Shown one piece after another: positions 25,413 through 32,000 of a stretch of DNA of 32,000 nt. The notes under the pieces are model-generated. The model worked only from the letters and a program-made list of their open reading frames with translations. It made no database searches and had not been told where the DNA came from. The position numbers and the translations under genes are program-made. Position 1 is the stretch's first letter; each line of letters opens with the position of its first letter. The stretch is from an uncultured Candidatus Nitrosopumilus sp. (GTDB lineage Archaea > Thermoproteota > Nitrososphaeria > Nitrososphaerales > Nitrosopumilaceae), in contig CAJQSS010000004.1 in the NCBI GenBank assembly GCA_905616385.1, forward strand, positions 8,185 through 40,184. Direction: 5' to 3'.

Positions 25413-25672
25413 TTTTTTGGACATCCTTCCATTTTTGCAATAAAATATCCGTTTGTCATTATTTCAATTTCAGTATCTTCTGGAACAGATTCTGAATGAC
25501 AAAATTTACATTCTTCTGTAGTTACTACTGCATTATCTTCTCCAATTGATTTTAACCATTCTTTTGCAAAAGAAATTGCAGTTGTAGAATCATTTTTGTC
25601 AGTAATTACATCAAAATGTATTGTATGACCATCATTTGCTTTTACATAAGTATCAAAAACATGAAAAGTCAA
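25409..25672 (-). CDS. Small conserved protein, DUF2024-like (from memory), unknown function
   Basis: 87 aa. The opening MTFHVFDTYVKANDGHTIHFDVIT and a Cys pair CKFCH resemble the DUF2024 family as I recall it. It is the last gene of a tight guaA-led gene string. Confidence 0.45.
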   Translation of the reverse strand: MTFHVFDTYVKANDGHTIHFDVITDKNDSTTAISFAKEWLKSIGEDNAVVTTEECKFCHSESVPEDTEIEIMTNGYFIAKMEGCPKN

Positions 25673-25674
25673 AT

Positions 25675-26040
25675 TTATGACAAATTTTTTACATATGTAT
25701 CTCTAATTTCAAGAGTTTTATCTACAATCTCATTTACATTTACATCTAATTCTGTAGTTATCAAAATTAACCCTGCACCTCCAATAGGTACTGTTATTCT
25801 ATAGATTTTTTCATATTTTGCTAATGCAAAAACTGGAACACCAATTTTATCTGCAGTTTTTTTCCTTGTTGACCATCGGTAAATTGCTTGTGATAATGAT
25901 GTTTCCGTTTCTTCTCTAGTTAAGTGCGATGTAACACCTGGTCTAATTTTATCGTGCAGCTCACCATAATCATAAACAGCTGCATATCTGATTTTTTCAT
26001 TATATGCTAATATTTCATCACAGATTTTTTCATAACTCAT
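25675..26040 (-). CDS. Hypothetical protein (121 aa)
   Basis: Clean ATG ORF, 9 nt downstream of guaA and 2 nt upstream of the next gene. Mixed alpha/beta composition and no motif recognised. Confidence 0.5.
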   Translation of the reverse strand: MSYEKICDEILAYNEKIRYAAVYDYGELHDKIRPGVTSHLTREETETSLSQAIYRWSTRKKTADKIGVPVFALAKYEKIYRITVPIGGAGLILITTELDVNVNEIVDKTLEIRDTYVKNLS

Positions 26041-26049
26041 AATTTTTCA

Positions 26050-27573
26050 CTATTGTGGCTCAATTGTTGCTGGTGGCTTACTTGAAATTGTATATGTTAC
26101 CCAAGTGACATCCTCAATTTCATTAGTAATTCTATTACTCATTTTCTCTAGTACTCCATGTGGCAGTCTCGTCCAATCAGCAGTCATTGCGTCAATAGAA
26201 TCTACAACTCTAATCATAACTATGTTTCCATATCTTCTCTCATCTCCTACGACTCCAACTGCTTTATCATCACCTACTGCTGCATAAGCTTGCCAGACTT
26301 TGGCATAAAATCCAGATTCCATTAACTCTTCTTCAACAATTTTACTTGCTACTTTTGAAATTTCTAATTTTGCTGGAGTCACTTCTCCAATTATCCTAAC
26401 TGATAATCCTGGACCTGGAAATGGATGTCTCATGAAAAGTTTTTCAGGAACACCCAAAATTTTAGCAATTTCTCTAACTTCGTCTTTGTATAATTCTCTT
26501 AACGGTTCTAAAATTTCCAAATTTAACCAATCTGGTAATCCTCCAACGTTATGGTGAGATTTTATTACAGCTGCTGGACCTTTTGAAACCCCACTTTCAA
26601 TTACATCTGGATACAAAGTTCCTTGAGCTAACCATTTGAAAGGACCCTCTTTTTCAGCAAAATTAGTAAAAACATGAATAAATTCCTCACCAACAATTTT
26701 TCTTTTTGCTTCTGGATCTTCTATACCCTTTAATTTTTCAAGAAATTGCTGTCCTGCATTAACTGCTGTAAAATTAACTTTGAAATTTTCTTTAAACATT
26801 TCTTCTACTTCTTTTTCTTCGTTTAATCGTAGCAAACCATTATCTACAAAGATGCATTTCAGTCTATTTCCAATTGCCTTATCGATAAGTAATGCTACTA
26901 CTGTAGAATCTATTCCTCCACTGACACCACATAATACATTTCCTTCAATTTTAGAAATTTTTTCTACTGCTGTATCAATAAAACCTTCCATTGTCCAATC
27001 TTGTTTTGCATTACATACTTTTAGAACAAAATTTTTGAGAATTTGAGTGCCTTGTTCTGTATGAACAACTTCGGGATGAAATTGAATTCCATAAACTGAT
27101 TTTTCTTCTGATGCAATTGCTGCTGCTTTTGCACCTTCTGTATGGCCAATTATTTTGAATCCTGATGGAATTTCTTCAGCCTCATCACCATGACTCATCC
27201 ATGCTCTAACTGATTCACCTATTCCATTTAGTAAATCACTATCGTTGTCTATTGTTAATAATGATGAACCGTATTCTTTGTTTGCTCTTTTTACTTTTCC
27301 TCCAAATTTATTTACAATTAATTGATGTCCATAACAAATTCCTAATAATGGTACATCCATTTCAAAAATTTTATTTTCTGGTAATGGAGCTTCTGAACTA
27401 TAAACACTAGATGGACCTCCAGAAAAAATTATTCCTTTTGGATTGTGTTTTTGTATTTCTTCATAACTAATATCATATGGTACTAGTTCTGCAAAAACAG
27501 AAAATTCTCTAATTCTTCTACAAATTAAATGACTATACTGTGACCCAAAGTCTAAAACTAAAATTTTATCCAT
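26050..27573 (-). CDS. guaA: GMP synthase (glutamine-hydrolysing), fused GATase + ATP-pyrophosphatase form
   Basis: 507 aa. GATase block PLLGICYGHQL with HPEV. PP-loop CGVSGGIDSTV. C-terminal dimerisation block KPPATIEPQ. Confidence 0.95.
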   Translation of the reverse strand: MDKILVLDFGSQYSHLICRRIREFSVFAELVPYDISYEEIQKHNPKGIIFSGGPSSVYSSEAPLPENKIFEMDVPLLGICYGHQLIVNKFGGKVKRANKEYGSSLLTIDNDSDLLNGIGESVRAWMSHGDEAEEIPSGFKIIGHTEGAKAAAIASEEKSVYGIQFHPEVVHTEQGTQILKNFVLKVCNAKQDWTMEGFIDTAVEKISKIEGNVLCGVSGGIDSTVVALLIDKAIGNRLKCIFVDNGLLRLNEEKEVEEMFKENFKVNFTAVNAGQQFLEKLKGIEDPEAKRKIVGEEFIHVFTNFAEKEGPFKWLAQGTLYPDVIESGVSKGPAAVIKSHHNVGGLPDWLNLEILEPLRELYKDEVREIAKILGVPEKLFMRHPFPGPGLSVRIIGEVTPAKLEISKVASKIVEEELMESGFYAKVWQAYAAVGDDKAVGVVGDERRYGNIVMIRVVDSIDAMTADWTRLPHGVLEKMSNRITNEIEDVTWVTYTISSKPPATIEPQ

Positions 27574-27577
27574 ATTA

Positions 27578-28165
27578 TCACTTACTAATATTTTCCAACA
27601 TCCTTGTTAGTGACCACCCTACTGTATTGATTAATTCAGTCACTCTTTCTTTTTGTCTATAATTTTTAATTATAATTTCTCTAATGTCTGTTCCATTTTT
27701 ATTTATGATATAATCTATGATTGATTCTTTTTGGATTTTCCCATTTTCTGCTTCAGTAGAATCCTTTTTCTTCATTTCTCCAATTATTCTATCTAAAAAG
27801 AATGATTTGAAGGGTGGAGTATCTGCATTAATTATAACTTGTTTATCTAAAATTATTGAAACTTGATCTGGTGTAACATATGCATTAGCAATTATTTTTC
27901 CATCATTTCCTCTTTTAATGGGAATTGAACTTTCCACATGTTTTGGCTCGACGTGTTCTAACTCTTCATTATTTTCCACCATTTTAGATTCATTTTTTAT
28001 TTCTAATTGAGATGCCTTTGTGAAACTAGAATCCTTTAGGAATTCATCTAATAATGTGATATTTTTCTCTAACATTTCTATGCCTTCTTGATGCTTGTCT
28101 ATTTGCTGTAGCATATTTTCTCTCAAAGCAACTATTTCTTTTACTTGCTCTTCTGAAAATCTCAT
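27578..28165 (-). CDS. Hypothetical protein with N-terminal coiled-coil
   Basis: 195 aa. The N-terminal 50 aa or so are heptad-like (EEQVKEIVALRENMLQQIDKHQEGIEMLEKNITLLDEFL). An acidic linker is followed by a C-terminal globular part. The stop lies 4 nt before the guaA start. Confidence 0.5.
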   Translation of the reverse strand: MRFSEEQVKEIVALRENMLQQIDKHQEGIEMLEKNITLLDEFLKDSSFTKASQLEIKNESKMVENNEELEHVEPKHVESSIPIKRGNDGKIIANAYVTPDQVSIILDKQVIINADTPPFKSFFLDRIIGEMKKKDSTEAENGKIQKESIIDYIINKNGTDIREIIIKNYRQKERVTELINTVGWSLTRMLENISK

Positions 28166-28200
28166 AATTTAATAAATCAGTAATGGGTATTAAATGCATT

Positions 28201-28947
28201 CTAGGTAATTATGATATCTAGATCTTTGTATGGTATTTTTCTAAATCCTTCAATAGGTTTTGATGTGGTAAATAATTCTGATTTTGTGATTGTTGATAGC
28301 CAAATTAAAAGATCTCTTCCTATTTCTAACTTTTTTAACTTTGTTTTCCTGTCTGATTTTTTTGTATTAGAAAATTTACCAATTTGATTTCCAAAATCCA
28401 TACCAAATAAAATAATTTTTTTTGCGTTAAAATAACTTGCTAAGAAAACCCCTCTATCTCCGTCAGTAAAACCTCCAAAATTTTGAACTTTATTAAATGG
28501 ATTTGTTTGAGTTGTTCCAATACAATTTTTCATTTTTTTTACCATCTGTAACTTTTCAATATTATCTCCATGTGCATGTATTACAAATATTGATTTTGTT
28601 TTTGATATTTTTTTAATTGTATCTTCATTTCCATCTAAATCTGTTACAATGATATCTGGAATAATTCCATTATCGACTAATGGTTTTAATGAACTATCAG
28701 CTGCAATTTTTATAGATTTTTCTAACTTTTTTAATTTTGGAATAGCAATTGATAACGATGGTCCAGAACCTATAACAAAAATTGTTTTACCTTCGATTAA
28801 TTTTCTAACTTTTTTAATCGTATCTGTTTTTTTTAAAATTGAATCTAAAATTAGAGCTGATTCCTTGTCTTTTTTTTCACTATAGTTTAATTCCTGTAAA
28901 ATAGAAAAATATCTTTTTTCCCAACCTGAAATCATCATATAACTCAA
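28201..28947 (-). CDS. mptE: 6-hydroxymethyl-7,8-dihydropterin pyrophosphokinase, archaeal MptE type (DUF115 family)
   Basis: 248 aa. Has DUF115-type blocks VIGSGPSL, IVTDLDG and HAHGDN. It is divergently paired with dihydropteroate synthase. Alternative starts are at M4/M5. Confidence 0.6.
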   Translation of the reverse strand: MSYMMISGWEKRYFSILQELNYSEKKDKESALILDSILKKTDTIKKVRKLIEGKTIFVIGSGPSLSIAIPKLKKLEKSIKIAADSSLKPLVDNGIIPDIIVTDLDGNEDTIKKISKTKSIFVIHAHGDNIEKLQMVKKMKNCIGTTQTNPFNKVQNFGGFTDGDRGVFLASYFNAKKIILFGMDFGNQIGKFSNTKKSDRKTKLKKLEIGRDLLIWLSTITKSELFTTSKPIEGFRKIPYKDLDIIIT

Positions 28948-28972
28948 ATTGTATGAGGTTTTGATAAACTAT

Positions 28973-29839
28973 ATGGCAAAAATTGCAAATATTTCTGTTG
29001 GTGGAAGAAACCCTGTTAGGATTATGGGTATTTTGAATACTAGTCCAGAATCATTTTACAAAAAATCAATCAATACTACTCGTATGAAAATCAAAAATGC
29101 AGTAATTCAAATGGAAAATGACGGTGCAGACTTTATTGATGTGGGAGGAATGTCTACTGCACCATATTTGTCTACTAATGTATCTGAAAAAGTAGAATCT
29201 GATAGAATTCTTAATGCAATTAAAATTATTCAAGATAGTACTAACCTTCCAATATCTGTTGATACATGTAGATCTAGTGTAGCTAAACATGCTTTGGAGA
29301 ATGGTGTTGAAATAATTAATGATATTTCAGGATTAAAATATGATAAAAAAATGAAAGATGTAATATCTAAATTTCAATCTTCAGTAATTCTATGTGCATA
29401 TGACTCTAAAACAATATCTGGAAATACAATAAATACAACAAAAAGACTTCTTGCAGATAGCTTAAAAATTGTTAAAAAATCAAATATTTCAGATAAAAAA
29501 ATTATATTGGATCCTGCAATTGGATTTTTTAGAAAAACAGGACAAGGTAAATTTTTTACAAAAACTAAAACTGATTGGGTAGAAAGAGATCTAGCTGTCA
29601 TTAAAAATTTAAATTCTATTAAAATGAATTATCCTATTTTAATATCCGTTTCAAATAAATCCATTATTGGTAGTCTTTTAGAAAAAGAAAATCCTTCTGA
29701 TCGATTGTTTGGATCTATAACTGCTGAAGCAATATGTGTTTTAAATGGAGCCAATATTATTCGCACGCATAATGTTATGGCTACTAAAGATGCCGTTACG
29801 ATTGCTTCAAAATTATTAAAAAAACACAAACGCTTATAA
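28973..29839 (+). CDS. folP: Dihydropteroate synthase
   Basis: Pterin-binding blocks: IMGILNTSPESFY, DVGGMSTAPY, SVDTCR..VA..ALE.G..IINDISG, LDPAIGF and IRTHNV. I prefer the ATG at 28973 over the track's TTG at 28949. Confidence 0.85.
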   Translation: MAKIANISVGGRNPVRIMGILNTSPESFYKKSINTTRMKIKNAVIQMENDGADFIDVGGMSTAPYLSTNVSEKVESDRILNAIKIIQDSTNLPISVDTCRSSVAKHALENGVEIINDISGLKYDKKMKDVISKFQSSVILCAYDSKTISGNTINTTKRLLADSLKIVKKSNISDKKIILDPAIGFFRKTGQGKFFTKTKTDWVERDLAVIKNLNSIKMNYPILISVSNKSIIGSLLEKENPSDRLFGSITAEAICVLNGANIIRTHNVMATKDAVTIASKLLKKHKRL

Positions 29840-29869
29840 TCAATTTTTAACTTTTGTAACAAGGTTTCA

Positions 29870-31300
29870 TTGGAATTTAAAGAAGGATTAACATTTGACG
29901 ACGTTCTTCTCGTACCTAAATATTCAGATATAACAAGTAGAAGTCAAACTGATCTGAAAACTCAATTATCTCGAAATATTTCTCTAAACATTCCTTTTGT
30001 TAGTGCAAATATGGATACTGTTACTGAATCATCTATGGCTGTAGCTATTGCACGTGCAGGTGGAATAGGAATAATTCATAGATTTTTAACAATTCAAGAA
30101 CAAGCAAATGAAGTTCTTAAAGTAAAACGATCTGGAAGTGTAATGATTGAAAATCCTTATTCTATAACTGCTGATAAAACAATTGAGGATGCATTAGATT
30201 ATGCTGAAAATAAAGATATTTCTGGATTATTGGTAGTTGATAATACTTCAAAGTTAATTGGAATTGTAACTGAAAGAGATTTACTCTTTGCAAATTCTAA
30301 AAATCTTATTCAAGATGTAATGACAAAAGATGTTGTTACTGCAAAATATGGTGTATCTATTGATGAGGCAAAAGATCTTCTACATAAACATAGAATTGAA
30401 AAATTACCTTTAGTTGATGAATCTGGATTTGTAAAAGGTTTGATTACAAGTAAGGATATAACAAATAATGCTAATTTTCCAAATGCATCCAAAGATAGTA
30501 AAGGTCGTCCTCTTGTTGGAGCTGCAGTTGGAGTTAAAGGCGACTTTTTAGAAAGAAGTGAATCTCTTTTAGAAGCAGGTACTGATACTCTAGTTGTTGA
30601 TATTGCTCATGGTCATAGTGAAAATGCAATTAGTACTGTAAAACACATCAAAAAAGCATTTCCTGATTGTGAATTAATTGCAGGAAATATTGCAACTGCT
30701 CAAGGTGCTGAAGATTTAATGAAAGCTGGAGTTGATGCAGTAAAAGTTGGTGTGGGTTCAGGTTCAATTTGTATTACTAGAGTGATTACTGGTTCAGGTG
30801 TTCCTCAATTAACTGCAGTAATGGATTGTGCAAAAATAGGCCATGATTATGGTATTCCAATTATTTCTGATGGTGGAACTAGAAATTCAGGTGATGCTAC
30901 AAAAGCATTAGCAGCTGGTGCTTCAACTGTTATGGTTGGAAGTATGTTGGGAGGAACTGACGAATCCCCTGGAACTGTTTTGACAAAGAATGGAAAACGT
31001 TTCAAAGTATATCGTGGAATGGCTTCTCTTGCAGCATCTATAGGAAGAAAATCTAAAGAAACTGGTTCTACATCTTTTGATGAGGATCTTAATGATTATG
31101 TTGCAGAAGGTGTTGAGGCAATGGTTCCATACAAAGGAACTGTTGTAGATATTCTAAAACAACTTACTGGTGGAGTTCGTTCGGGTTTAAGTTATTGTGG
31201 CGCACATACAATTACTCAAATGCAAACAAATGCTGAATTTATAAAAATGTCTAGAGCTGGATTTGCCGAAAGTCAGCCTCATGATGTATCTTTGATGTAG
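29870..31300 (+). CDS. guaB: Inosine-5'-monophosphate dehydrogenase (with CBS pair)
   Basis: 476 aa. [10 protein letters not shown] start, a CBS pair at about 95-205, the catalytic loop [12 protein letters not shown], and [11 protein letters not shown] start. Confidence 0.95.
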   Translation: MEFKEGLTFDDVLLVPKYSDITSRSQTDLKTQLSRNISLNIPFVSANMDTVTESSMAVAIARAGGIGIIHRFLTIQEQANEVLKVKRSGSVMIENPYSITADKTIEDALDYAENKDISGLLVVDNTSKLIGIVTERDLLFANSKNLIQDVMTKDVVTAKYGVSIDEAKDLLHKHRIEKLPLVDESGFVKGLITSKDITNNANFPNASKDSKGRPLVGAAVGVKGDFLERSESLLEAGTDTLVVDIAHGHSENAISTVKHIKKAFPDCELIAGNIATAQGAEDLMKAGVDAVKVGVGSGSICITRVITGSGVPQLTAVMDCAKIGHDYGIPIISDGGTRNSGDATKALAAGASTVMVGSMLGGTDESPGTVLTKNGKRFKVYRGMASLAASIGRKSKETGSTSFDEDLNDYVAEGVEAMVPYKGTVVDILKQLTGGVRSGLSYCGAHTITQMQTNAEFIKMSRAGFAESQPHDVSLM

Positions 31301-31335
31301 ATAATTTTTTAAGCAGTATCTAAAGTCATTTTATT

Positions 31336-31806
31336 ATGTTAGCTACTCGAACTATTATTGGCTTAGTTGTTGGCAGTCTTGTTATTGGGCTAGGTGCTTT
31401 TTCATTAATTAATTCTTTAGCACCAACAATTTCTATGAATGAAAATTTTGTTATAGGTTCTGGTGATTCAGCCTCTTTTTCAATTCCTGCACCAAAAGAT
31501 GCACCACAATATATGATGATTGTTGGAGATGCTTTTGATGTTAAACTAGCTAGTCCTGGTGAAGGATTAAACATTTCAAATACTTCTTACAAAAAAGAAT
31601 TGATTCTAGATTGGGTTCATACTGAAGATGGTCAAACAATCATTGTAATTCAAAATACCGGTGCTAGTGAATTAGAAATTACAGCTAATACTAATCAGAC
31701 ACCTGATCCATTTGGAATCACATTTGATTTCATGGTAATTACATCTGGAGTAATTATTCTTGGATTTAGTTTGGGTTTTACGTTAAGAAAACCAAAAGGC
31801 TTCTAG
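31336..31806 (+). CDS. Hypothetical bitopic membrane/surface protein
   Basis: 156 aa. Has an N-terminal hydrophobic helix (IIGLVVGSLVIGLGAFSLI) and a C-terminal helix (MVITSGVIILGFSLGF) followed by a basic stop-transfer RKPKGF. Preferred over the antisense 82-aa ORF. Confidence 0.5.
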   Translation: MLATRTIIGLVVGSLVIGLGAFSLINSLAPTISMNENFVIGSGDSASFSIPAPKDAPQYMMIVGDAFDVKLASPGEGLNISNTSYKKELILDWVHTEDGQTIIVIQNTGASELEITANTNQTPDPFGITFDFMVITSGVIILGFSLGFTLRKPKGF

Positions 31807-32000
31807 CTTAGTTTTGCAGAAGGGTATGAACCTAAAATTTTAATGAAAAGTGTTTCTTCTTTAATTTTATTTAACATTTCTAAAACCTTCATATCTTTTT
31901 GGTGACCTTCAAAATCTACATAGAAATTATATTCCCATGTATTTGCTTTTGTAGGTCTTGATTCTATTTTTGTTAAATTAATATTATTTTTATTAAAATT
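31803..32000 (-). CDS. pheA: Prephenate dehydratase, C-terminal ACT regulatory domain only (N-terminus beyond the right edge)
   Basis: Not in the track because it is open at the edge. My reverse translation gives ...NLTKIESRPTKANTWEYNFYVDFEGHQKDMKVLEMLNKIKEETLFIKILGSYPSAKLS*. It contains the PDT ACT-domain signature ESRP....W.Y.F.vD.EGH and the ..LGSYP ending. Confidence 0.7.
   Translation of the reverse strand, partial: NFNKNNINLTKIESRPTKANTWEYNFYVDFEGHQKDMKVLEMLNKIKEETLFIKILGSYPSAKLS

Noticed and set aside
1993-31574. About thirty 60-131 aa ORFs in the supplied track that lie antisense to or inside larger genes. Examples: 1993-2295, 3058-3258, 3794-4012, 7809-7997, 9136-9576, 9996-10217, 12131-12418, 12598-12840, 14049-14237, 15356-15861, 17473-17974, 21558-22268, 25616-25804, 26105-27046, 28649-28885, 29066-29862, 30310-30492, 31326-31574.
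   Set aside because: Each fully overlaps a gene with strong family motifs on the other strand or frame. Their translations are low-complexity (Ile/Phe/Ser/Leu-rich), as expected for the antisense of AT-rich coding DNA. They have no recognisable motifs.
1-32000. Scan for tRNA/rRNA genes, CRISPR arrays, integrases/transposases, or flanking direct repeats that would mark the phosphonate region as a mobile island.
   Set aside because: No GC-rich structured islands stand out from the AT-rich background. There are no regularly spaced repeats and no recombinase-like ORFs. The only repeats found are the 24-nt in-gene duplication and short AT-rich direct repeats. Island mobility cannot be supported from this window.

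Overview
Very AT-rich, densely packed archaeal chromosome segment. Gene content and protein sequences look like a marine ammonia-oxidising thaumarchaeon of the Nitrosopumilus type: group II chaperonin, ribosomal proteins S27e/L44e, archaeal MptE and CobY, and frequent TTG starts. I count about 38 protein genes. I saw no rRNA, tRNA, CRISPR array, integrase or transposase.

The standout system is a phosphonate biosynthetic island at about 4.4-12.7 kb. It holds PEP mutase with the diagnostic EDKxxxxxNS motif, a split TPP-dependent phosphonopyruvate decarboxylase, an iron alcohol dehydrogenase, and a duplicated HTH-cupin oxygenase of the MpnS/HEPD family carrying a His/Gln/His ligand pattern. Together these predict methylphosphonate synthesis. 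Flanking them are a nucleotidyltransferase, a TagF-like phosphotransferase, a small membrane protein and a membrane-anchored sulfatase-superfamily protein. These plausibly activate the phosphonate and attach it to a cell-surface polymer. The core pathway matches what I recall for Nitrosopumilus maritimus. The attachment module is the least understood part.

The rest of the window is housekeeping:
- PMI plus a GT2 glycosyltransferase
- MtnA/eIF-2B-like isomerase
- a DUF59-PqqD fusion protein and an SDR
- heme O synthase, Lrp/AsnC regulator, Asd
- a late cobalamin operon (cobD-cobQ-cbiB-cobS-cobY) with overlapping junctions
- adenine deaminase, thermosome, ROK kinase
- guaA and guaB
- an MptE/FolP pterin pair
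- a partial prephenate dehydratase at the right edge

All functional calls come from reading motifs in the translations. No database search was possible.
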